The notes under the pieces: generated by a model
Database searches by the model: none
What the model was told of the DNA's origin: nothing
The model's input: the letters and a program-made list of their open reading frames with translations, nothing else
Made by a program: the position numbers and the translations under genes
Part shown: positions 38,350 through 49,955 of the stretch, one piece after another
Position numbering within the stretch: the first letter of the stretch is position 1
Layout: each line of letters begins with the position of its first letter
Assembly (NCBI GenBank): GCA_002269645.1
Contig: NIVC01001471.1
Coordinates: forward strand, 124,001-188,000
DNA length: 64,000 bases
Direction of reading: 5' to 3'
Origin: Macrostomum lignano
Lineage: Eukaryota

Positions 38350-41300
38350 GTGCAGATAAATGCCGCTACCTCCTCGTGGTGAGAGCGGAGAGCCGCGCTT
38401 AACTGCTGCGGCGGCCAAATGCGGCAGGACCAAGCGAGGGCAGCGGAGCGCGCGTCGGCGAGTCGAACGCCGTCGCGAGCGAAACTGGCGAGGTCGGCAA
38501 CGTGGCGCCGCCCGCCGAGCTGCTGCTGCGCTGGCCCAATTGGATCTTCCGGGTGGCGCCGGGGACCATGAGGCTCACCAGCACCGAGCCCCAGCCGCAA
38601 CCACAGGGCACGCTTCGGGTCGGGACGCTGAACTGCCGCACTCTCAAGGCCACATGGCGGAGAGGGCTGCTGGCGAGGCTAGCGCTCGATCTCAGCTGTG
38701 GTGTCATCGCACTACAGTAGGTGTCTATCAGAGCCGACCCCGGACTTCACTGTGAGGACCTGGGCGCCGGTTGGACACTCTGGTACACCTCAGGGGATGA
38801 GCGAGGCCGTGGAGGAATTGGAGCGCTGATCGGACCGAGCCTGCAGCAGAGCTGTCGCTGCGTCTCCCTGTCTTCTCGGCTGCTTCGGGTCGACGTCCGG
38901 CTTCGCAGCCGGAACGCCCGCCTGTTCTGCGCGTACGCGCCGCCTGCTACCCGCTCCGATGAGGCTCAGGCCTTCTTCGAGCAACTCTCGGTGCGGGTGG
39001 AGGAGATGGCGCAACGTGACACAGTGGTCATTCTCGGAGACCTGAACGCAGTTTTGCGTAGGTCCGAGCGATCGCTGTTCGTGACAGCGCGCGAGAACGG
39101 CAACACCGGAGGACCTCCTGGAGAGACAGGACATGGTGTCGGCCAACACCAGATTCCGCAAGTCACCGGGCAGGCTCGCGACCTTCGTGGGCTGCAAGCG
39201 GAGGCGGCGGAACGCGCGCGGCCGGAACGCTACGCGGAGGCTGGCACAGCTCGACCACGTGCTTGTGCACTTTCGTGAGCGCCGCCGCGTCACCAACTGC
39301 CGCACCATTACGCCGCTGGCTCTGCGGTCCGACCATCGGCTGCTCATCTGCGACCTTCGGCTTCGGGACCCGCTCTACCGTCCGCCAAAGCGGCCACCGC
39401 GGCGCTACTACCGCGCGCTCAGGGACGCCGAGACGCAACGTCGCTTTGCCGGTGCCTTTGTCACTGCGCTGGGCGACAAGCGTAGAGGAGCCGAGTACGC
39501 GGAGGTGAGCGCTGCAGTTCGAGCCGCTGCGGAGCAAGCAGTCCCGCTGATGCGACCGGCCCAGCGCGGGCAGCCAGTCTGGCAGGACGACCCCGCGATC
39601 GACGAAGCGAGGAAAGATCTGGAGAGGCTCCGTCTGAGTGGGCGGCAAATTCGCGAGGCGGAGGAGGCTCTGGCGGCTGTCTACCTGCAGCGGCAGCAGT
39701 CCGCTGTCGATGACGCCATCCAAGCCGTCTCTGCCGCAGGGCCCGATGCCAGAGGGCGCGTGGCCTGGTCCGTCATCAACACTCTGACGGGGCGAAAGCG
39801 GCGCATCGCGCTCAACCTGGCAGGCGACACTCCGGATGAGCGCAGGAACGAGCTGCGCGAGTTCTTCGCCGCCATTGTCAACGCGCCGCCCCCTCCGCTT
39901 CCAGAAAATCTGAGGCTGCCGCCGGAGACGCCGTTGCCGGCGGAGGAGAGCTTCAACGTTGCCCCAGTCAGCACAGCCGACGTTGTGAAGTTCGCTCGGC
40001 AGTCGCCGGGCGGCAAAGCGCTTGGTCCGGACGAGGTGCCCACCGAGGCGCTGCGGATCCACTGCGTGGCCACTGAGGTCGCCAGAGTGATGAACCGCGC
40101 GCTTTCCGGTGAGGTGGCGCCAAACGAATGGACCACGGCGCACATCGTCGCCATTCCAAAGAAGCTGGGCACCACCAAGCTCGAGGAGCATCGAGGCATC
40201 TGCCTACAGTCCTGCGCCGCGAAGCTGTTCAACCGCATGCTGCTATCGCGGTTACAGCCTGTGCTGGACCCGTACCTGCGGCCTGAGCAGAACGGATTCC
40301 GGCCCCATCGCGGCACAATGACGCAGATCCTGGCTCTTCGGCGAGTCATCGAGGAGGCGCGCATCCGCCAGTTGACCCTGATCCTGATCTTCGTCGATTT
40401 CAGGAAGGCCTTCGACTTGGTCGTGAGGGACGCGCTCCCAGAGGTGCTCCGTGCGTACAACGTGCCAGAGCTGCTGATTTCTGCTGTCATGGCGCTGTAC
40501 CACGGCACGACGGCTGCTGTCTCAACACCGCACGGCCTATCGGATTTCTTCGAGACATCCTCCGGGGTGCTCCAGGGAGATACGCTAGCGCCGTTCCTAT
40601 TTATTCTGGTGCTTGACTGGGTGCTACGGACTGCTCTGCCTTCCAACGACGACGGCTTCCTGCTGCGGCGACGCGTGGGTCGACGCCAACCGGAGAGACG
40701 GCTCAGCGTGCTTGGCTACGCCGATGACCTCGCCCTGCTGTCCTCGACCGTCGAGGGCGCCCAAGGACAGCTGGATAGGCTGGTTGCCGTTGCGGCGAGC
40801 GTCGGCCTGGTGGTCAACACGCAGAAGACCGTCGTGCTATGCGTGCCGGACGACACCGAGGCTGCAATCTTCTGCCGAGGCGCTGACGGACAGGCGAGTG
40901 AGCTTCCAAAATGTCAGCAGTTCGTCTACCTCGGCGGTCTGGTTCCCGACGTCCGCGAGGATCTGCGGCGTCGCCGAGGACTTGCCTGGGCTGCCTTTCG
41001 TTCTATAAGGTCAGTCCTGCAGTCTGAAGCCCTACCGGACCGCCAGAGGGCGGCGCTGTTCCAGGCGGTGATCGAGACCGTCCTGTTATACAACGCCGAT
41101 GGACGCTGACAGACTCGCTCGAGGCTCAAGTCGACGCGGCGCACGCTGGCCTGCTGCGCGCCGCCTTCAAGATCGGCAACGAGCGAGTCACCAACACGGC
41201 GCTCTATCATCGCGCCGGCCTGGCCCGTCCTAGCGATCTGCTGCGCCATCGGCGACTCCAGCTGGCAGGCCACGTCATCCGCGCCGAGGCCTACTGTCCG

Positions 41301-41480
41301 GAGCCGGTGCAGGAGGTGCTGCTACTTACGTTGCAGGCACCCTACCGGCGGGGACAGGCGAGGACTCGGCGCTACGTCGACTGTCTGCTGGCTGACGCCG
41401 GCGCCCCGGAATCTGCCGGCGATGCAGCGCCCAAGCTTCGAAGCGCGCCATCTGACGCTGCTTTTGCGAACTGACAGCGT
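38350..41480 (+). mobile_element. Near-full-length RTE-clade-like non-LTR retrotransposon (APE endonuclease + RT), inactivated
   Basis: APE motifs GTLNCRTL, IALQ*(E to TAG at 38718), CAYAP, ILGDLNA, LDHVLV, SDHR; RT motifs GPDEV, QNGFRP, FVDFRKAFD, GVLQGDTLAPFLF, YADD, FVYLG; frameshifts near 39120 and 41100; the distal frame ends ~41474. Confidence 0.9.
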
Positions 41481-42115
41481 ACTCTGTTGTTTTTGTTGTT
41501 TGTGCAGCAAAGGTGTTAAAAAACGAAACTGACAGTGCCTTGCTCGACACCACAAGCAGGGATGAGTTCACTACACCACGCCCTAAATATTGCTTTCACA
41601 CAGCAGAATGCATTTAATGCATCATAGAGTTCAATCATATTTTATATGCTTCCCCACATCATGAATCCAAAAGTAGATTTATTGTCCGATGTACATTGCA
41701 GATTTCAATGAGACAATATTTGCAGATTGGATTGGAACTGCTAAGATACAAAAAAGTCTTTTAACGCTCAGATCAGTCTGACTGATCTGACTGACTGGTT
41801 GAGATAAATATAGGTTCTTTACCGGCCTTTAGTTATCACAAATTTGACTCGGACAGAGAAGCGTTGTACTAGGGCGGGCCTGGCTGCTGAAGCTGGGTGG
41901 TGAAGAAGCTCATTGCGCCAATGCATTTTCAGCATTTTCGGCCCCAGCTGATCGGGGCCGCGTCAGTGATGCGAAAACCATCGCGAATGCCCACGCTCAA
42001 AAACTCTGAGTCCGAGTCGAAGAACAATACTGGTGTCCAAGCAGCAGTTGACAGTGGCCAACGGCTTCAAAGCGCAGCCACCGAGTCGGCGGCGTGTTCT
42101 GCAGAAGGGCCGTCG

Positions 42116-42360
42116 GCAGGGCGAGCGGCAGGGCGAGCGTCAGGGCGAGCGGCAGGGCGAGCGGCAGGGCGAGCGGCAGGGCGAGCGGCAGGGCGAGCGG
42201 CAGGGCGAGCGGCAGGGCGAGCGGCAGGGCGAGCGGCAGGGCGAGCGGCAGGGCGAGCGGCAGGGCGAGCGGCAGGGCGAGCGGCAGGGCGAGCGGCAGG
42301 GCGAGCGGCAGGGCGAGCGGCAGGGCGAGCGGCAGGGCGAGCGGCAGGGCGAGCGGCAGG
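42116..42360. repeat. 12-bp GC-rich minisatellite (GGCAGGGCGAGC), ~20 copies, next to the mariner TIR
   Basis: Read directly. Confidence 0.95.
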
Positions 42361-42369
42361 ACGACTGTA

Positions 42370-43362
42370 CGGGGTGCTTATTAAGTTCCCGGAAAAGTTC
42401 AGTTCTGGTGGTCGAATCTGCGCGAAATTTTACCTGCAGAAACCGCAGTCTATTAAAACTTCTCAACATAATTTCTATTCAAATCAGAGCACTTTTGCAG
42501 GCGCTGGAACCATGCGTCAAAGCATCCTTTGAGATCAGCTTTGGTGCAGCTGTCCAGCTCAGCTAGCAGCGCAGCAACCAGCTCCTCCCTTGAGTCTTAG
42601 CGCTTCCCCTTCAGATTTTTCTCCATCCTGGGAAAGAGGAAGAAGTCAGCTGGCGCCAGGTCCGGGGAATATTCCGAAATCATCTAAAGAAACTCCTGGG
42701 TCACTCGTTCCCGGTGCGCGGAAGCGTTGTCCTGATGGAGGAAGATGCCTTTTGTCAAGCGTCTTCGGCCGCTGTTGTGCGAGCGCCTGCAGAACCTGAG
42801 GCAAGCAGACGGGCCGTATCATTCTTCCGTCACTGTGGCGCCTTGCTGCAGAAGCACTGGCAGCAGGATGCCACTGCGTCGGAAAAAATGACCGCCATCA
42901 GTGTGCCGACGCTGCGCTCGCGATGAAATTGGAGAGGAGCATCTTCCTCGTTTGTGACCCACTGCCGATTTTGCTCTTGGATCTCTAGGTTGAAGAAGTT
43001 GAAGCAGACCCAGGTTTCGTCGCCAGAGAGGTTGTTATCCTTTGAGCGGCCTCCGTCAAACCTGGGTGCCATGAGGTCGCAAACTCAACGCGGGCTCCCA
43101 TCTGGTCAGCGCTTAGCAGGTGGGACACCCAGCGAGCGGACAGCTTCCTCATGCCGAGGTGCTAGTGCAGGATCTCAATGATGGTGAAATCTGACACCCT
43201 GACGAGCTGCTCCAACTAGCGAATCGTCACTCGCCGATCTTCGCTCACATAGCGTCGAACAGCAGCAATGACTCACGCAGCGTCTGAAGGCAGGCGGCCA
43301 CAGAGCTGCCCAGCCGAAACTGTACCAGAATCGCCACTCGCCTATCGCGGTCAGTCGAAATC
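42370..43362 (-). mobile_element. Degenerate mariner element (DD34D type) retaining one TIR; 5' end lost at the foldback element
   Basis: Minus-strand translation shows MRKLSARWVSHLL (WVPHEL), GDETWV, FLHQDNASAH, YSPDLAPADFFLFP, ...RNYVEKF* with internal stops; terminus TA|CGGGGTGCTTATTAAGTTCCCGG at 42368-42392. Confidence 0.9.
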
Positions 43363-46300
43363 AGTAGAAATTTTTATAAGAAACCAGGCATTTTAGCAAA
43401 AATAAACCTTCAAACCACATAAAATTGAATAAAAAGCAGACATTTTCAATTATAAACCGCAAGTATTTTAATAGAAAAGTAAGCAAACAAGGCACAAAAC
43501 CAGCAAATTTTACCTTTTTCATTTTAATGTTACTGATAAGGTAGAGAGTAGAAACTTGTGAGCTGTATGGAGTTAGAAAGTATTAGCCAATATGTATCGT
43601 ATGAATTATTAGTTCAGTACCAGCCATTGGTCAAGCGAGCATTTATGAAGTTATTACGAGTGATGAAGGGATAGAGAGCTATATACAGGAAGACAGTATC
43701 CTTCTAAACCACCACGAACAGATTGCTAATAGAGATAAGCTTTGTCGGTAGGCAGTATGAGTAAGCGAAGGCGGGGTAAATACTTTTCCACATGCCAGAC
43801 AGAACAGTATTGTGCTAGGATTTCTCTCGAAATCGCGGTACGCTTAGTTTTTATCACACCATCCAGATGCGTCAACTGGTCAACAGTAGTCATTTATATG
43901 TTATTAGACCTTACAAACCCAGGTCAGGTAAATATTACAAAGAGTATATTGCGTACACACGCCAACTCCGAATACCAAGCCATACTAGTCTACTTGCAGT
44001 GCTCCTGGAGGGAAGGGACGGTCAAGAGTTACACACCAAGAATGCATTCACACAAAGAGTACACCACTCGAGCCCCGTCCATGCGCCCCGATATGTATGA
44101 CGCAGGCAACCCTCCCGACATGTATGCCGCAGGCGACCCTCCCGACATGTACCCAACATGTATGTCGCAGGCGACCCTACCGACATGTACCCCGACATGT
44201 ACACCCTACCATATGGCACTCGAGCCACAGGTGCCAAGCGGCCCCCCGAAATGTACGCCGCGGGCGCCCCCCTCCCGAGCCGAAGGTACACTCTTCCAAT
44301 ATGAGTGTACACTCTCCCAATACAAGTGTACACTCTCCCAATATGAGTGTACACTCTCCCGATATGAGTGTACATCGATTTGTAGTCAACAATACCTATT
44401 AACACAAAATTAGGCTAGTGAAAACTACTTATAGTAGGTGAAATTGCGTATATTTACGTAAAAAGTAAGCAAAACACATATTAATCACATCAGTAGGTGT
44501 AAATATCAGGGCATAATGCATATTACGAAACATATAGGTGTACGGACATATAGAATTAAGCATATGGGCAGCAAAAAACACACAATGTAGGTGCATTTTA
44601 TCGATATTTTGGCAGAAAAGTAGGTGAAATAGACAAAATAGTAGGTATAATACACAGAACCTACTCATTAGTGTAGTAGGCGCTTGTAGATGCTAGTATT
44701 TTATCAAACCCTCAAACGGTTGATAATGCATGACTAAATTTAGATACCGTCTATGGTAATTCGTCAGAAACTTTGGTCTTAAATGTTCTAAGTTACAGCG
44801 AAGACTTCTCAGTTTTTCATTTTAAGCCGTCTTCGCTTGCCTGCCTTAAACATGACCGCTACGCATCTTATCAATTGGTCTCATCTGCCGGTTGATAGTC
44901 TCGATGGCGTTTCATCCAGCGAATACTCATTCATTGCGGAGCTGAGCAGTGACAATCACCGAGATGACAATCAGCTGGAGGACTTTATTAACTTCATTAC
45001 CGATCATTCACGATCTGACGATGAACTGCTTGGTGTCGATCTGCCGGAATGTGAAGAGGATGGAGCTTCTGTTGCTACTGATGTCATGGACAAGGCCGAG
45101 GTGGATTCTCTACCAAGATCGACCAAGGAGCAAATGTTCCTTTATGGCAAAGCGTTTGCCAGCTACATGAGTGACTTGGGTCATCCTGTTGAAAGTCTCA
45201 AAACAATGGAGCCCAGTAGCCTCAACGAGCACCTGCGGTTCTACTACTTTCGGCTTTCTAAACCGAATGGAGAGTCGTACTCGCCATCTAGCTTGGTCTG
45301 CATTCGGGCCGGCATCCAGCGATTTTTTCACTTCATTATCAAGCGTGAACTCAACTATCTTCACGGATTGTCATTTCTCTGGCTTTTACGTAACTTACGT
45401 ACTTTTTACGTAAATATACGCAATTTCACCTACTATAAGTAGTTTTCACTAGCCTAATTTTGTGTTAATAGGTATTGTTGACTACAAATCGATGTACACT
45501 CATATCGGGAGAGTGTACACTCATATTGGGAGAGTGTACACTTGTATTGGGAGAGTGTACACTCATATTGGAAGAGTGTACCTTCGGCTCGGGAGAGGGG
45601 CGCCCGCGGCGTACATTTCGGGGGGCCGCTTGGCACCTGTGGCTCGAGTGCCATATGGTAGGGTGTACATGTCGGGGTACATGTCGGTAGGGTCGCCTGC
45701 GACATACATGTTGGGTACATGTCGGGAGGGTCGCCTGCGGCATACATGTCGGGAGGGTTGCCTGCGTCATACATATCGGGGCGCATGGACGGGGCTCGAG
45801 TGGTGTACTCTTTGTGTGAATGCATTCTTGGTGTGTAACTCTTGACCGTCCCTTCCCTCCAGGAGCACTGCAAGTAGACTAGTATGGCTTGGTATTCGGA
45901 GTTGGCGTGTGTACGCAATATACTCTTTGTAATATTTACCTGACCTGGGTTTGTAAGGTCTAATAACATATAAATGACTACTGTTGACCAGTTGACGCAT
46001 CTGGATGGTGTGATAAAAACTAAACGTACCGCGATTTCGAGAGAAATCCTAGCACAATACTGTTCTGTCTGGCATGTGGAAAAGTATTTACCCCGCCTTC
46101 GCTTACTCATACTGCCTACCGACAAAGCTTATCTCTATTAGCAATCTGTTCGTGGTGGTTTAGAAGGATACTGTCTTCCTGTATATAGCTCTCTATCCCT
46201 TCATCACTCGTAATAACTTATAAATGCTCGCTTGACCAATGGCTGGTACTGAACTAATAATTCATACGATACATATTGGCTAATACTTTCTAACTCCATA

Positions 46301-46503
46301 CAGCTCACAAGTTTCTACTCTCTACCTTATCAGTAACATTAAAATGAAAAAGGTAAAATTTGCTGGTTTTGTGCCTTGTTTGCTTACTTTTCTATTAAAA
46401 TACTTGCGGTTTATAATTGAAAATGTCTGCTTTTTATTCAATTTTATGTGGTTTGAAGGTTTATTTTTGCTAAAATGCCTGGTTTCTTATAAAAATTTCT
46501 ACT
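43363..46503. mobile_element. 3.1-kb foldback structure: inverted arms 43363-44467 and 45400-46503 around a 932-bp spacer
   Basis: Arms start AGTAGAAATTTTT and end AAAAATTTCTACT; I found only ~3 differences (2 substitutions, 1 indel); each arm has internal 27-bp and 21-bp tandem arrays. Confidence 0.95.
44837..45442 (+). pseudogene. N-terminal/core-binding part of a Crypton-type tyrosine recombinase (ZMYM2-4/QRICH1/KCTD1/KIAA1958-like), truncated before the catalytic domain
   Basis: SLPRSTK...KAFASY...LKTMEPSSLNEHLRFYYFRLSKPNGESYSPSSLVCIRAGIQRFF matches the Crypton pattern N.T...F..W...L...L..FY...R...G..YS..SL..IR..L.R; the ORF runs into the right arm and stops. Confidence 0.75.
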
Positions 46504-47467
46504 CTCGACAATGATTGTGTCAGCTATTTCATTAAAATAACCTACTTTTTGAATAAAACGTTGTATTTAAGCCCCTAGTTTTTTTTCAAAACATAATGGA
46601 AACCCTCACAACGCCCTTGGAACCTCCTCAAGCAGCTTACATAGAGCATGCAGACCCCGAAACCCCCTCTAGTGTGCCCTGATTTCAGCGGTCTGACGGT
46701 TAAGATCTTTTTTTTTTACACTATATTTTCCTTCATACAGCAATACAGGAGGGTTTGGAAGAGTGAGTCTGGCGGGAGAGGGGGCTTGTGGGGTGATGAG
46801 GATGCGTACACACAGTTTAGCCTGTTTTAGCCTACCTTTTGGGTTAATATACTTACTATTATTACTACCATTATACCTACTATGTACATACTATTATACT
46901 ACCCACTATTAAATATGCTGCACTAAAACCAACTTTTGATAATAGTAATAGAATGTTCTGCATTAAAAATGTGAATAATGATCGTCAAATTGCTAAACAA
47001 TGCAAATATCTATAGGACAATGGATGTAAGTATACATGTACTCACACAACGGCTCAGTCTTGTCAGTGCGAAAAAGTGATGCGATGCAAATGTTAATATT
47101 TAGATTCTTGAGTAAAAATAAGAAACTTTTTTAAATCGAGCGAGATTGCTCCCGAAATAAGGTAAAATTAGGAAAGTTAGACGTCATTTTTTCAGTGACA
47201 AAACCATCGAACATGATATTTATGAAACGATTGGTATGCGATTTGTAAATGTTTGAATTGAAATTTCTCTTGTTACATGAAGTAACTTTTTAGTTCAATG
47301 CTAAGTCGAACAGAGCCGTGGACGAATCAGGCCGTTTAAATGGAACAATGGGAGATGAAGTGAAGCCCCGTTGGCTGTTGAGAGCAGCTATTTAACAGCT
47401 ATCGCCTTCGAAAGGCGTCGCTTTAAGCACTGGAACCCAAAGAACCGCGATTTCATCAATTGTATCG

Positions 47468-48423
47468 ATGTCGACTCCGAGGGTGCTCCTCCTCTCCCTG
47501 CTGAGCCTCGCCTGCCTGCGCAGCCTGCAGTCCTGCCAGCCGCCCTACCAGTCCGTGTCCGGCTTCTGCCTGCTCCTGAACACCACAGCCGCAGTCGGCT
47601 GGTGCCAGGCAGCTCGTCTGTGCCAGGCCGTCGGAGGCGAGCTGGTGATGGAACCGGCCGCCATCCGGGCAGCTGCGCCGTTCACCACGGACTCGGTGAA
47701 CTTGTGGGTCGGCGTCACCGACATGCTGAAGGAGCGGTTCACTAGCAGGTCGGAATTCCAGCAAAGTTCTAGAAAATTAATGCGTTGAAAACTGCCCATG
47801 CTAATCAATTAACAAAAAAATTGCAATTGCTATACCACTTCTTGTCGTGCACTGAATTCTGAAGGACGCAACTTGAAGGAGAATTGAAAATAACGATCAG
47901 AAACATCGAAAACCAACTCTGCAAACTGATAATAAGCCTTCTAGTGGTTCGTCGTTCAAGTTTCTCTTTTAATTGAAATTTTCATCTTCTCAGGAGCGGC
48001 TGGCGGATGACCAATGGAAGCAAGTTTGTTGCCCCAAACTCTGACTGGGGATCTGGCTACCCAAACAACTATGACCACTCGGATGACATGCTGGCTCTAA
48101 AAAACGGTTTGCTTCTCGACTTTGTCTCATCCAATCTGGTTGGCTTTGTCTGCCAGCCCGTGGCGACGCCGAACAGCGGAACCTTCCGTCGGACCAGCTT
48201 CCTGCAGCTGGGCGACATCACGCCCTACTACTGCTACACGGAGGTGCAGTCGGTGCAGCCCAGGCTGCTCTGCGTTCGCCAGTGCGCTGCCCGCTGGGAG
48301 TGTCGGGCGGCTCTGTTCAACCGGGCCGAGTCTCGCTGCCGCATGCTGGACTTCGCCGACGCGAGCGCGGGCGACGCCATCGAGAAGAGCGGCGCTTGGG
48401 AGAAGTTCGTCAAGGTCTACTGA
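47468..48423 (+). CDS. Secreted C-type-lectin-like + PAN/apple domain protein, copy 2 (236 aa); exons 47468-47748, 47994-48423
   Basis: Paralogue of 33128-34009 with the same phase-2 intron position and a 2-aa (DS) insertion. Confidence 0.8.
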
Positions 48424-49955
48424 GTTGTGAGACTCAAAAGTTATGAATTGGAAAATGTCAATACACTTTACTGAGAAAGACGTCTGCAATCAGAAGTAAG
48501 CAGCCTAACATGTTCTCGAATGAGTTCACCCCTCGCTGAAGCAATGTGCAAATTTCACGCAAATAAAGAAGAAATCTTTATGCAATAACATCTTCTGCAT
48601 GAAGTCATGTTGCGTATCTGTGGATTTTAACAGCAGATTTGGAAAAAACCTTTGAGTGTATTTTTCGCTTCGTGGAAAGCGTGTCACCCAATTAAAACAT
48701 TCGTTTTCAGTCAATTTAGTCTTTTCCGGGCTCATAGAACTAGAATTTCCGACATGCATTTGAAACCAAGCAAGTGTTTTTCCGAAACTTTGCGATTGAA
48801 GCATCGTTTTTAATGGCATTGGTAGTGACTGCTTCTGCTTTTGAGTATGCTTTTCTTGTGTCTCAGTCTCCCTCCCCGGTTAATGAGCTAATTAAAGTAA
48901 GTCATCTTTCTTAAAATTTCTGTGGGAAATTTCTCTGATGTACCTAAAGGCAAAGGTTTATGCATACAACGGCATCAGAATTTTTTATGTTTCATATCTC
49001 AGGGTGTATAAAAAGTTGAAGAGCTTTCTTCAGTTTTAGAGACAGTAGCAAAACCTGCTTTAATTACCTTCAGGGCGTTTTTTGAACCAAGGCGCACTTA
49101 CTGCTACCCGACATTGTGGAGATTGGTGGAAATGGGGGTAATCACTCTTCCTATGTGCAATAGGAACTTATACTAAAGTTATACTACTGGGGTCCTTTAA
49201 TTGGCCTCTAATGAGGTTTTTCGTTTTTTTTTCTTTAGCTGCACGTGCAAATTGAAGCTTTATAGTCTAGCACGTCCTAAAACAAAGTTTTTTTCGTTTG
49301 AGTTCTCCATAGAAAATAGAAATAGGTGCGCAACTCACTACTGAGCTGAGCAATTTGCGTTGTATTTCTAAGATACAATACGATTCCCAAAGAAAACAAT
49401 ATTATGAACGTATTTATCGTTTGATGTAGAAGATATCGATATAACAAAAGCAATGATCACTGCAGCATACAAAAAACTGACTAAAAATTCACATATGTAG
49501 AAATTAAGGAAGTCAGTGCATACATCTTTATAATATGGCTGGCGAATGCCAGCTAAAAAGGCAGTTTTGTCATTTTAATTGACTGAGTAGACAGCCAAAA
49601 CTCGCTTGAAATTGGACTCTAGCAGGATAGACGCAGCTGAATTTATCAGAAGAAACGCTGAACATGCTCAAAATAAAAATTAAAATTTGATAGATTTTTG
49701 GGTCGGCTATGGCTCTTGTAATGGCAAGAACTTTCTATGCTTTTGTTGTCTTTTTAACTGTGCCCTCAGTTAAAAGTATTTTCTTATATTTTATTTATAA
49801 CATTATTATTCTCTTTATTCGTAATGATGAAACGTAATGATGAAACGTTACTAATTAATTATGGTATTTACTAAGCATCTGTATTTATTATAAATAACGT
49901 GTGCCAGCCCATCCTTATCTATACATTAACTACGACATGCAAACTACGAGCTATA

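Noticed and set aside
38360-38755. Arg-rich ORF at the 5' end of the LINE as a separate ORF1 or programmed frameshift
   Set aside because: The copy has at least three other inactivating lesions, so a simple indel cannot be told from a real overlapping ORF without a consensus.
43742-44413. 223-aa ORF and its mirror at 45454-46125
   Set aside because: TTG start, no recognisable domain, and largely made of the 27-bp and 21-bp arrays; the duplication simply reflects the inverted arms.
43363-46503. Calling the foldback a Polinton/Maverick
   Set aside because: AG...CT ends fit, but there is no 6-bp TSD and no polymerase, integrase or capsid remnant; kept only as a hypothesis.
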